Origin: a bacterium
GTDB lineage: Bacteria; Patescibacteriota; Minisyncoccia; Phycocordibacterales; JAGLPS01
Assembly (NCBI GenBank): GCA_030690305.1
Contig: JAUYHB010000013.1
Location: forward strand, 5,221 to 69,220
Direction of reading: 5' to 3'
Length of the DNA stretch: 64,000 bases
Shown here piece by piece: positions 48,849-58,161 of the stretch (positions within the stretch are counted from its first letter, which is position 1; each line of letters opens with the position of its first letter). Position numbers and translations under genes: made by a program. The notes beneath the pieces are model-generated. The model saw only the letters and a list, made by a program, of their open reading frames with translations. It searched no databases and was not told where the DNA came from.

Positions 48849-49679
48849 TTATACGGCCATCTTCTTCCCGTAGTGTTTTTCCACCATATCAAGCCCTTTT
48901 TCCTCTTCTTTGGTGTTTGACCACTCTGTTTTAAAAATATATCCCCGTTCTCCTTCCAGACAATATTTGCTCATACGGTAAAAAGGCGACAACGATTTTA
49001 CTCTGGGAAGAAGATTGTTCTCCATTATGAGATCTCGAAGCGGTTTATCATTTTGGTTCCAATCGGTCAACTCTTTCATATCAAGTGTCGTAGTAAATTG
49101 CCCCTCGCGAGTAAGTGTCGTTCGCGATAAATCGAATGACCCTCCGAGCTTGTCCATCATTTCACGCGTGAAAAATTCAAATGAGCCGCGAAGTCCGAAC
49201 GGCTTTGGAAGTCCGAGCCATTGTCGTAATCTCCTCTGGGCATTCCCGGTTGAATTCGTCAGGATAAGCCAATCTTCCTGAGGCAGGAGGTCCATAAACA
49301 TCTGGTCAGTCAGGATAAAATTATCGTCATGTGTTATAAGCAATTTGTCATATTGCTTATAATCGTTTTTCTCGAGCCATTGGTTTGTATTACCGAAATC
49401 GCCCATAGTATTTGGTTCAAGCGAATATTTCCATCCTAAAGCTTCAATTTCTGCCACCGTCGCGACTTTGCGGTACAAAAGACGGTCATAGAGACTGCGG
49501 CGGTCATATCCCAATTGAGGTAATACATCTTTTTTTTCCTCTATAGCGTAGGAAGGATCTCTGTGCGAAACAACGAACATGTCAACTTGCCATCCGGCCG
49601 GCACTTTCTGTTGCGCGATTTGCTCAAAAAACCCTATCGGGAAATGCCATCCGCCCGCTATAACCGCTAGTTTTTTCAT
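48849..49679 (-). CDS. Hypothetical protein, uncharacterised, within glycan operon
   Basis: 276 aa soluble ORF, no motif recognised. Confidence 0.5.
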   Translation of the reverse strand: MKKLAVIAGGWHFPIGFFEQIAQQKVPAGWQVDMFVVSHRDPSYAIEEKKDVLPQLGYDRRSLYDRLLYRKVATVAEIEALGWKYSLEPNTMGDFGNTNQWLEKNDYKQYDKLLITHDDNFILTDQMFMDLLPQEDWLILTNSTGNAQRRLRQWLGLPKPFGLRGSFEFFTREMMDKLGGSFDLSRTTLTREGQFTTTLDMKELTDWNQNDKPLRDLIMENNLLPRVKSLSPFYRMSKYCLEGERGYIFKTEWSNTKEEEKGLDMVEKHYGKKMAV

Positions 49680-49719
49680 AGTAAAATTTTAAAAATTAAC
49701 AAAATAACCCCTATAGTTC

Positions 49720-50517
49720 TTAGATTCGTTTAAGATATATCCCTCGGCAGTTGGGAAAATAGATCTCTGTATCAGTATACAAGCCTTTCCAAAAACTTCT
49801 AAATGTATACCGACTCCTCAAAAAACCAACAAAATTGAGCTTTTCGCCTCGAAAACGGTGCTTTAGGTTTCGTATTTTTTCTTGCGCGAAGGCAAGGAAG
49901 GTAAGCATATTCATAAGCCCTAAAAATACCCTCTTTACTCCAGCCTTATGCATTGCACGAAATATTTGTCTCCATTGTTTGTCCGAAAACTCACGCTCGT
50001 TGCGATAAATAAACACAATGCTATTTTTGTCCGCACCGATGTTCACCCAACTTATGTCATTGAGAGCATCAAAAAAATTCACCTTATCGCACTCAAGAAA
50101 GACGCTTCGTAGCCGTTCCACGCCTTCTTGTGTGTATTCAGATGCCACAATTTTAAGAGACGGTATTCTTTTTTTGAGAAAATATTCAAACACGCCCCCT
50201 CCGGAACCAACTGAGTAGAAAGTCCTTATCCCCTCTTTTTCAATGAGAGTAGCAAGCGCCTCAACGCGTTCCGGGAGCTTGTCGTCCTGTCCGTCTTTCC
50301 GCAATGAAAGATCCTTAAGCCACGTTTCCCTATCTTTCGGTATTCGATATCGCGGATGTTTGTCCCGAAGTATTTGCCATCGTCTTACAGCGTCTTTTTC
50401 TCCATGTATATTCTCTAAATAAGGATCAGCAACTCCAAAAGAAACATAATGTTTGACCGTAACAGGGAACGGTAAGCTGTTTATATATTTGAGAATCTTA
50501 ATCATGACTTTCGTCAA
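49720..50517 (-). CDS. Hypothetical protein, possible SAM-dependent methyltransferase
   Basis: 'IRTFYSVGSGGGVFEYFL' resembles a glycine-rich motif I; weak. Confidence 0.4.
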   Translation of the reverse strand: MTKVMIKILKYINSLPFPVTVKHYVSFGVADPYLENIHGEKDAVRRWQILRDKHPRYRIPKDRETWLKDLSLRKDGQDDKLPERVEALATLIEKEGIRTFYSVGSGGGVFEYFLKKRIPSLKIVASEYTQEGVERLRSVFLECDKVNFFDALNDISWVNIGADKNSIVFIYRNEREFSDKQWRQIFRAMHKAGVKRVFLGLMNMLTFLAFAQEKIRNLKHRFRGEKLNFVGFLRSRYTFRSFWKGLYTDTEIYFPNCRGIYLKRI

Positions 50518-50520
50518 TCA

Positions 50521-51588
50521 TCAAGAATTATTCAGAGAGTTAAATGTATCAATCACATAAGCAATTCGGCGGACATCATTGACTGAAACATCATGATGAA
50601 GCGGCAAAACAAGATATTCGTTTTCCAACCTGTCCATATTGGGGAAAGATTTCTTCCCACCGAAAATCGTGTACTTGTCATTTCTATAGTGATAAACACC
50701 GCTTTCAATTCCATTCTCGGCAAGATATTTTTTTAATTCGTCTCTCTTTGTCGTAAACACTGTCGCAAACCAGATATGGGCGTCGATGCCATGTTTTCTA
50801 TACTCTTCTATCAGCCCTTTACGGTGAGTAATGAGAGAATCAATAACTTTCAAATTCCCCAAAGCAATCGCGGCGTTCACGTCATTCATATGATATTTAT
50901 ATCCCGCCTCTACAAGGTCAGCATCTCCTTGTTTTTGTTTTAAATCACGGTCATACCCGAACCATCGCAGTCGGCGCGCTTTCTTGTCGAGTTCGACATC
51001 TTTGCATATTAAAATTCCGCCGTCCCCTGATGTAAGTATTTTAATCGCCTGCAAAGAGACGCAAGTAAAATCGGCTTTTCCCCAGTAATCGGACCCGACA
51101 GCTTGAGCGGCGTCCTCAATAAGGAGAATATTTTTTCTCTTTGCCAGTTCCACAAGTTCTTTTAATCCCCTGTTGTTTCCACCAAAATGCACGAAGACAA
51201 TCACTTTTGTTTTTGGTGTTATTTTTTTCTCAACATCACTTACCGAAATATTGAGGTCGTTTTCAATATCAGCAAAAACGATTTTTGCTTTTCGGCGGAC
51301 CAAAGGAATGTTTGTTGCGGTACACGTAAGAATCGGAGTGATAACTTCATCACCTTCGTTTATTCCAGCAAGTTCGTAGGCTAACTCAAGAGCAGTTGTG
51401 CCGGAATTGAGACTACAAACATGCTCCGTATTAAACTTTTCGCCAAACTTCTTCTCAAACTCTTTGACACGCGGTCCTTCGGCAAGTTGGCCGCTCCGAA
51501 GCGTTTTTACGGCATTCCAGACGGCATACCAGCTTACATAGGGCTTAAAAAGCTTTATTTTCCTCATAGAATAAAGCAATTTTATCAC
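50521..51588 (-). CDS. DegT/DnrJ/EryC1 sugar aminotransferase (Lys-type)
   Basis: 'SLNSGTTALELA', 'DEVITPILTCTAT', 'LQAIKILTSGDGG' with Lys. Confidence 0.85.
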   Translation of the reverse strand: MIKLLYSMRKIKLFKPYVSWYAVWNAVKTLRSGQLAEGPRVKEFEKKFGEKFNTEHVCSLNSGTTALELAYELAGINEGDEVITPILTCTATNIPLVRRKAKIVFADIENDLNISVSDVEKKITPKTKVIVFVHFGGNNRGLKELVELAKRKNILLIEDAAQAVGSDYWGKADFTCVSLQAIKILTSGDGGILICKDVELDKKARRLRWFGYDRDLKQKQGDADLVEAGYKYHMNDVNAAIALGNLKVIDSLITHRKGLIEEYRKHGIDAHIWFATVFTTKRDELKKYLAENGIESGVYHYRNDKYTIFGGKKSFPNMDRLENEYLVLPLHHDVSVNDVRRIAYVIDTFNSLNNS

Positions 51589-51632
51589 ACAAAGTCAGGG
51601 CGCTCTACCCTCATCATTTAGAGAAGATACCT

Positions 51633-51660
51633 TTGACAAGAGCAGTTTTTGTGATATAAT
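51633..51660 (+). promoter_or_regulatory. Sigma70 promoter TTGACA-16-TATAAT with extended -10 (TGaTATAAT)
   Basis: -35 at 51633-51638, -10 at 51655-51660; AAAGGAGAGGGG RBS then GTG start. Confidence 0.55.
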
Positions 51661-51708
51661 GCGTTTCAGAACTTTGAAAATAACTTCTAACACGTAAAGG
51701 AGAGGGGT

Positions 51709-52392
51709 GTGCGAGTGAAAAATTCCTTTGAGGATTTAAGAAAAAAATTCAGGGAGTTTTATGTCGTTGTAAGAGATGGCCATGAACAGTCGAAGCGTGC
51801 CCACCGCGGACACGGCTTGGACCACGACGTCACAGTCGCCCAGATTGCGGTCATGATCGCACCGGACGAAAGAACGGCGGAAAAAGCCTGGTGTGCGGCA
51901 ATGCTTCACTCGACCGACAGATTGGTTGAAAAAGGAAACAAGGAGAAGGAAGAGGCCCATATGAGAGCCAATCTCAAGTCTCTTCCGGAAAGATACTTCA
52001 CTTCCGAAGAGAAAGAGGAAATCTTCCTTTCTGCTTATCGCCATGAGGAGTTAAACCAAGATGATCAATCTGTCACACAGCACGTGCTGATGGATGCCGA
52101 CCGTCTGGCAAATCTGATGCCGGCAGTCATAATCCGAGCAGGCCAGTTATTGTCAGATATCCCCGCCCTTGAGCTTGAATACTTGGAAGGCAAAAGAAAT
52201 CCGAAAACAACGTACCACGAACCAAAAAGTGTTCTGGACGATCTCCGCAACAATGTTGCGGAATATACTCCTAAGCTTCGCATGCCTAAGGCAAAAGAGC
52301 TTGCGATGAAGTATGTTAAGAGGCTTGATTACTTTATCAAATCTCTTGAGAGAAGTTATGAGGAGTTAGACCTGGTTGGAATTTCACTTTAA
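51709..52392 (+). CDS. HD-domain-like protein
   Basis: 'HRGHGLDHDVTVAQIA' H...HD pattern; GTG start (51709, or 51715 with better RBS spacing). Confidence 0.5.
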   Translation: MRVKNSFEDLRKKFREFYVVVRDGHEQSKRAHRGHGLDHDVTVAQIAVMIAPDERTAEKAWCAAMLHSTDRLVEKGNKEKEEAHMRANLKSLPERYFTSEEKEEIFLSAYRHEELNQDDQSVTQHVLMDADRLANLMPAVIIRAGQLLSDIPALELEYLEGKRNPKTTYHEPKSVLDDLRNNVAEYTPKLRMPKAKELAMKYVKRLDYFIKSLERSYEELDLVGISL

Positions 52393-52409
52393 AGTGAAAT
52401 TCCAACCAG
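52372..52409. repeat. 38-nt perfect palindrome spanning the HD-gene stop codon
   Basis: ctggttggaatttcacttt|aaagtgaaattccaaccag (19-nt arms, no mismatch). Confidence 0.6.
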
Positions 52410-52410
52410 A

Positions 52411-52442
52411 ACGGGAGCAGAAATTCTGCTCCCGTTTTTTTA
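52411..52442 (+). terminator. Rho-independent terminator
   Basis: acgggagcag-aaatt-ctgctcccgt followed by 8 T. Confidence 0.7.
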
Positions 52443-52524
52443 TTACGACAAGCGAGCGACATCGCGTAAAAGATTTGCTTTTACATGATTCGCGAGTGAA
52501 GTCGTAACAAAGGATTACTATCCT

Positions 52525-52962
52525 TTATAGTTTAATATTTTTTGAAATGAAATCCGCGTGCTCCTTTATTATCGGACGGGGCAATTTCTTGAAGAAACGA
52601 ATGTCTGTCGCATCCCCATCATGCTGTAGAGTCCCGCCCTTAATCACAGCCAAGAAACAGATGCTTATGGGGTGGCCTATGTCTCCTTTAAAATTAGGAT
52701 ATTCAATAATTCCGAGTATCTTTTTAGGTTCCACTTTCAAACCTGTTTCCCTAAATGCAATACGTTTAACTGCATCCATAAGCCTTTCTTTAAGCATTAG
52801 AGTCCCTCCTGGGAAATGCCATTTCCCTTTTGCCGGCCTAATATTGCGTTTTGTTAAAATAATCCCTTGGGAATTAATAATGCAGGCTTCGATGCAGAGA
52901 CGGGGAACGCGTGAATATATCTTGTTAAATTCTTTCAGAGGAATTTTTTGTATTTTTTTCAT
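52525..52962 (-). CDS. NUDIX hydrolase (candidate GDP-sugar hydrolase, Gmm/WcaH-like)
   Basis: Nudix box 'GGTLMLKERLMDAVKRIAFRETGL'; 145 aa; 4-nt overlap with upstream SDR. Confidence 0.8.
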   Translation of the reverse strand: MKKIQKIPLKEFNKIYSRVPRLCIEACIINSQGIILTKRNIRPAKGKWHFPGGTLMLKERLMDAVKRIAFRETGLKVEPKKILGIIEYPNFKGDIGHPISICFLAVIKGGTLQHDGDATDIRFFKKLPRPIIKEHADFISKNIKL

Positions 52963-53936
52963 GGTAATAGGTATTCTTGTAATCCTTCTTCAAATGAATA
53001 CAGCGGCTTCCACCCAAGCATTTTTATCCGCGAATTATCCATTTGGTATTTCATATCCATTCCCGGGCGATGAGAAGTATGGGTCTTTATTTTTTTTCCG
53101 GTTACCTTCTGCACTTTCTCAATAAGTTCCTTCGCGGTAAATCCGTCATTCAACGTTACGTTGAATACCCCGAGTCCTTTTTCAAGGATGAGGTCGACCG
53201 CCGGCGGAATGTTTTTTATGTAGATATATTCGCGATATCCCTTCCCTTCCTCGTGAAGCGGGATGGAATATCCTTCTTCAATACTTTTTTTTATGGCAGC
53301 CATGATTTTTGTGCTGTCCTGACGGGGTCCAAAAACATTGCAGAAACGTGTTTCGGCGGTTTTATTCTTAAGAGTCGGGTAGGTATTTTCGTAGGAAACC
53401 CGTATGAGAGAGCCTGTGGCTTTGGCACACGAATAAGGGTTTTTGGGAAGTATGATTTCGTCTTCGCGCATACGGTGTTCACATTCTCCATACACCTCAT
53501 CGGTAGAAACATACAAAATCTTTTTAAGGTGTGGAAGGTTGCGGCACGCTTCAAATACATGCAAGGTGCTCAAAATATTTTTACGCAGTGTTCGATACGG
53601 TTCGCGAATTGAGTAGTCGACATCGGTAACAGATGAGGCATGAATGATATAGTCGGGTTTTTCCGTGAGAATAATGCCAACGACTTTTGGGTCAGCCATG
53701 TGGTAATGGTAATGCGTAAAAGAACCGTCAATGATTTCCGGGCGGCTTCCTTCGGAAAGATTGTCAATCACTACAACCTCCCAGCCTTTCCCAACAAAAT
53801 ATTCCGTAACATGAGAAAAAATAAAACCAAGCCCGCCAGTGATGAGAATTTTTGGTGTTTTTCCCTTTTTGCCGCCGAAGGTTCGCAGTAATTGAAGTAT
53901 TTTCGCCTGAATAGTTCGTATTAAGGTAACAATCAT
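52959..53936 (-). CDS. NAD-dependent epimerase/dehydratase (extended SDR)
   Basis: 'ILITGGLGFIFSH', 'YSCAKATGS' (YxxxK). Confidence 0.8.
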   Translation of the reverse strand: MIVTLIRTIQAKILQLLRTFGGKKGKTPKILITGGLGFIFSHVTEYFVGKGWEVVVIDNLSEGSRPEIIDGSFTHYHYHMADPKVVGIILTEKPDYIIHASSVTDVDYSIREPYRTLRKNILSTLHVFEACRNLPHLKKILYVSTDEVYGECEHRMREDEIILPKNPYSCAKATGSLIRVSYENTYPTLKNKTAETRFCNVFGPRQDSTKIMAAIKKSIEEGYSIPLHEEGKGYREYIYIKNIPPAVDLILEKGLGVFNVTLNDGFTAKELIEKVQKVTGKKIKTHTSHRPGMDMKYQMDNSRIKMLGWKPLYSFEEGLQEYLLP

Positions 53937-53991
53937 AATTTTTGGAATATAACGTATTTTTTACAAGATTGCAAAAGAAATACCGGTTATG

Positions 53992-55032
53992 CTAAGGCAT
54001 TAAAAGCGCTGAGATGTCTTGTGCAAGGCGTGAAAGCGTGTGGTGTGAAAGCACGTATGCTCTCCCCTTCTTTCTTATTTCTTCATACTCGCCGGAATCT
54101 CCGTTCTGGAGAACAGATTCCAAAATAGAAGCAAGTGAAACCGCATCATCCTGTTTGACCAGGGTTTTTTGAAACACCGCGTCGGAAATGAAATTGTTCG
54201 AAAACACCGTTAATGACTCACAGGCCATCGCTTCCAATATTGTCTTGTCAAAGCTTCCTGTAGGCGTCAAATTTACAAATATACCGTAAGTATTGAATAT
54301 GTCGGGAACTTTGCTGTTGGGAATACCCTCATGAAATTCCAACTTGTTTTTTGAGAGAAGTACTTTTCCTTGTTTCCGTAACTGTTCGCTATACGCCGCA
54401 TCACGCTTAGGGGTATCGCCATAAATTGCGGCCTTGAAATCTATCCCCCTTTCATCAAGAAGAACGAGTGCCGAAATGAGCACGTCTATTTTCTTAACCG
54501 GAGATATTCTGCCCAAAGAAAGAATAGCTTGGTTGTTCTTTTGTATTGAAGGATTTTTTTTGAAGACTTCCTCATCAATACCGACCGGCATGATTTTTGT
54601 TTTTTTGAAGCGCACGGTATAGGAAGATTTGGAGGTACAACAAACCGCATTGGAGAGAAATACCGCCATATCTGTAAGAAAATTACCTTGCGAATGATTC
54701 CTCCAAAGAATTATTTTCTTTCCCATCAGTTTCCACAGTTTCCATCCGAGTAATACATATTCCTGATTCATGTGCACAAATACCGCGTCATAGTTTTTCC
54801 TTTCTAAAATAATGTATTTGTAAAAATTAAATATGTACTTGAACTTTGATTTTCCTTTTTCTTTTCCAAGAGAAAATACTCTGGTATTTTCCGGAAGACT
54901 GTGTTCCCCTTCCTGCAAACACACAACTGTCAATTGCTCAGAGTGTTTGGAAAATTCTTCTATCCATCGGTGGAAAAAGCCGAGCATGCTGTCGTTCTTA
55001 TCTACCTTTTGTGTCAAAATTAAAAGCTTCAT
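53992..55032 (-). CDS. Glycosyltransferase family 4
   Basis: C-terminal GT4 region 'GRISPVKKIDVLISA...ILEAMACESLTVFS'; start at MKLLILTQ (ATGA overlap with upstream stop). Confidence 0.8.
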   Translation of the reverse strand: MKLLILTQKVDKNDSMLGFFHRWIEEFSKHSEQLTVVCLQEGEHSLPENTRVFSLGKEKGKSKFKYIFNFYKYIILERKNYDAVFVHMNQEYVLLGWKLWKLMGKKIILWRNHSQGNFLTDMAVFLSNAVCCTSKSSYTVRFKKTKIMPVGIDEEVFKKNPSIQKNNQAILSLGRISPVKKIDVLISALVLLDERGIDFKAAIYGDTPKRDAAYSEQLRKQGKVLLSKNKLEFHEGIPNSKVPDIFNTYGIFVNLTPTGSFDKTILEAMACESLTVFSNNFISDAVFQKTLVKQDDAVSLASILESVLQNGDSGEYEEIRKKGRAYVLSHHTLSRLAQDISALLMP

Positions 55033-55940
55033 ATAAGTGTTTTTTTCCACGCTTCCGCCCATTCCTCTTTCGAAAGAAGCTGGAGTGTGAGCTTCCCGTG
55101 TGCATTTGAACTTAGTGTGTCAATAATAGTTTCGGCAAGTTTCTCTCGCGGAACAACGATGGCCCCGGCTTCTCTTGCAATACCTACATCAGGAGATATA
55201 ACAGGAACACCAATAGAAAGTGCTTCAACGATACTCATCCCCCAGCTTTCAGCATGTGATGTGGAAAAAACAATGCGTGTCTCCAGTAAATAAGGAGTCG
55301 GATCGCACCATCCCGGAAATTCGACGGGTAATCCTTTTGCCTCTTTCCTTAATATTTTCTCCAAAGAACCGGAGCCAAGCATTATAAGTTTTGCATTTGG
55401 CACCTCTTTATATACTCTTCTGAAAACAGATAGTGCAAACAATGGATCCTTTTCGCCTTCGAATCTTCCCAACCAAAGCAGCGTAGGCAGTGGATCTGAA
55501 ATACGTCTGTTTATATAATTCTGAGAAACTTTTTGAAAATGTTCCCAATTAACATATACAGGAAGGACAAATATGGGTTTAGTAGTACCAGTATCTTCCA
55601 CTTGTTCTTTAATCCTTTGCGAAACAGCTCTAATAGAATCGGCATGTTTAAGAACAAAGCGGGCAATCAAATTCTTTAAAAAACTTTGTGAAGAAAGATC
55701 AGCATGCACCTGAACATTGAACCTTGCGTTGATACGGCGTGCAATTAACCACGAGAAAAGACCTCGCCAAAAAGGATCCTGCGACGTAACCACATCAAAT
55801 TTTCCCTCGGGGATTTTTGGCCATATTGAACCATTCCCCCAGAAAACCGTGGACAGCTTTTCAACACTTTTTGCCTGGAGGTCAAAACGCGGATGTCCCG
55901 GGGCAAAATTTTTATCTCCTGTAATTACTAAAACTTTCAT
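55029..55940 (-). CDS. GT-B fold glycosyltransferase (GT4-like)
   Basis: 'LWLGRFEGEKDPLFAL...IVEALSIGVPVISPDVG'. Confidence 0.7.
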   Translation of the reverse strand: MKVLVITGDKNFAPGHPRFDLQAKSVEKLSTVFWGNGSIWPKIPEGKFDVVTSQDPFWRGLFSWLIARRINARFNVQVHADLSSQSFLKNLIARFVLKHADSIRAVSQRIKEQVEDTGTTKPIFVLPVYVNWEHFQKVSQNYINRRISDPLPTLLWLGRFEGEKDPLFALSVFRRVYKEVPNAKLIMLGSGSLEKILRKEAKGLPVEFPGWCDPTPYLLETRIVFSTSHAESWGMSIVEALSIGVPVISPDVGIAREAGAIVVPREKLAETIIDTLSSNAHGKLTLQLLSKEEWAEAWKKTLI

Positions 55941-55964
55941 ATATTTAATACGTTCAATACTTTC

Positions 55965-57086
55965 TTAACCAAGTTCTTTTGCAAGTTCCGACAGCATCCT
56001 TTCCTCACTGAAATCTTTTATTTTCTGCTTGCCGTTTAAAACAAGCTGCTGTGTCCAGTTCTTGTCTTCAAATACTCGAAGAATTGCATCGGTAATTTTG
56101 TCTCCTTCATCGTAACGAGTGAGCATGCCGTTTACCCCATCGACAATTATTTCCTTATTCCCTCCGGCATCTGTTGTTACTATCGGGGTTTCAAGCGCCA
56201 TAACCTCGAGGAGCTGATGCGACATTCCTTCATAGGAAGTATTCAATACAAATGCATCAGCGGCTCTTATATATTCAAAAAGTTCACCCTGCGGCTTCCT
56301 GCCTATGAGTACGATATTCTTATCCATCTTATTTTGATTAATCAATGTTTCCAGATAGGATTTATCCGGTCCTTCACCGACAATATAAAGTCTGGTATCC
56401 GGATATTTGGAAATGAGCTTTGGCATTACAAATGTGATGAGTTTGGCAAACCCCTTCCATGGGACGAGACGGCCGGCGCTTACCAGCATATGGCCGGTGA
56501 GTCCCAGTTTCTTGCGTATTGATTCTTTTTCTCCCGGAAGTGACGGAGCGTCGAAAGAATTATAGACAACATTTATTTTATCTTTCCCAATGCCCCAATT
56601 TATAATGATTTTTTTGAGATAAAAACTTGGAACAATGATTTTATCCGCATGATACGCGACAAAAAATTGAGTTTTTTTCAAAATACGCACCAAAAGAGGG
56701 TATTTGTCATATTCCGTCGAGAAAGCATCGAGAAGGTCGGTCACTCCAGATCTTTGAGACCCTTGCTCCCACGCATAGTCACCGACAATAATAAGCACGA
56801 ATTTTTTCCTAAGTATTTTTGCCGCAAACAGTGACGGCAGCCCGACGCTCACCGGATCTTGGGCAAGGATAATATCCGCCCGAATGCCTTTGAATAAAAC
56901 GAGAAAGAAATAAAAAATATGCCTTACAATCTTCGGGAAACGCAGCACGTCGCCAAATTTGGCAATAGATATAGGAAATCCAAGTTCTGGAAATTTTTTC
57001 TCCAGAAGAGCGGTGCGTGTTGCGGGTCCTCCCACTTGCGGAGGGTATAACGGAGTTGCGATGAGGATTTTTTTATTTTTGTTCAT
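55965..57086 (-). CDS. Glycosyltransferase family 4
   Basis: 'ILIATPLYPPQVGGPATRTALL', 'SAGRLVPWKGFAKLI', 'EGMSHQLLEVMALETPIVTTDAGG'. Confidence 0.8.
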   Translation of the reverse strand: MNKNKKILIATPLYPPQVGGPATRTALLEKKFPELGFPISIAKFGDVLRFPKIVRHIFYFFLVLFKGIRADIILAQDPVSVGLPSLFAAKILRKKFVLIIVGDYAWEQGSQRSGVTDLLDAFSTEYDKYPLLVRILKKTQFFVAYHADKIIVPSFYLKKIIINWGIGKDKINVVYNSFDAPSLPGEKESIRKKLGLTGHMLVSAGRLVPWKGFAKLITFVMPKLISKYPDTRLYIVGEGPDKSYLETLINQNKMDKNIVLIGRKPQGELFEYIRAADAFVLNTSYEGMSHQLLEVMALETPIVTTDAGGNKEIIVDGVNGMLTRYDEGDKITDAILRVFEDKNWTQQLVLNGKQKIKDFSEERMLSELAKELG

Positions 57087-58036
57087 TGCTTTATCTTATT
57101 AAAAATTTTTCCCTTGTACCATTTTATTTCAGCCGCCAAACCCTCCTCCAAAGAAACCCGAGGACTATATCCCAACAGGGCTTTGATTTTCCCGATATGA
57201 GCCGATGTCTCAAACTGATCCCCCCGTCTGCGGGGAAGGATTTTGAGTTTTGCTTTTTGTCCCATAATTTTTTCGACTATTTGCATTCCTTCTCCGGTTG
57301 TCGCCGTTTTATCGCTTCCCATATTGAAAATTTCACCATTAACTTTTTCCAAATTGTTAAGCGCCAAAATACAGCCGTCAACGATATCTCCGACATATGT
57401 ATAGCTACGAACGTGGTACTCGCTGCCCGTAAAAAAGGATACTTCTTTGTTTTCTAAGATTGATTTGATGAGACGATGATAAAACTTTTCCGGGCGCTCC
57501 CGCTCTCCATATACCGAGAAGAATCTTAAAACCGAAACAGGGATTTCGAGGTCACGATAATATGACATCGCGAGCTGTTCCGCGGCAAGCTTGGTTACAC
57601 CATAATAGGATGTAGGCTTTGGTTCCGTTGTCTCATCACCGTCGGCACGCACTCCGTATACTGAAGACGTAGATGCCTGAAAAAACATTTTAAGTTTAGA
57701 AGATTTTTTGGATGATTGAAGCAAGCGTTCCGTTGCAACAATGTTGTTGTTCAAATAGTCCTCAAATGGCGTGGTTGCGGAAATGCCCGGCTGCGCTGCC
57801 ATGTTAAAAATAACATCGACACCTCTTACAATATTATCAATAGGGTCGTTAACTAAATTTTTAAAAAAAATCTTCCCGCCTTTTTCTTCAACATCTTTTG
57901 CGTTAATTTTTTTGATTTCCGGAGAATAATAATCGGTTAACGCGTCAATGCCGACAACTTCATGCCCCAAGCCTAAAAGGCGCTCAGCTAAGTGAGAACC
58001 TATTGCACCGGCTACTCCCGTCACCAAAATTTTCAT
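57083..58036 (-). CDS. NAD-dependent sugar epimerase (GalE/WbpP-like SDR)
   Basis: 'MKILVTGVAGAIGSHLAERLL', 'YGVTKLAAE'. Confidence 0.8.
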   Translation of the reverse strand: MKILVTGVAGAIGSHLAERLLGLGHEVVGIDALTDYYSPEIKKINAKDVEEKGGKIFFKNLVNDPIDNIVRGVDVIFNMAAQPGISATTPFEDYLNNNIVATERLLQSSKKSSKLKMFFQASTSSVYGVRADGDETTEPKPTSYYGVTKLAAEQLAMSYYRDLEIPVSVLRFFSVYGERERPEKFYHRLIKSILENKEVSFFTGSEYHVRSYTYVGDIVDGCILALNNLEKVNGEIFNMGSDKTATTGEGMQIVEKIMGQKAKLKILPRRRGDQFETSAHIGKIKALLGYSPRVSLEEGLAAEIKWYKGKIFNKIKQ

Positions 58037-58161
58037 CTTATTTTGTGCCCCATGTGTGGCCGTTTAATCGCACGGCTTAATGGAAGTTTGTTCCCACAAT
58101 TTATCACAAAAAGGCCTATAAATAAAGCTAAAATAAAGATTCGAATTTTTTAAATTCGTAA

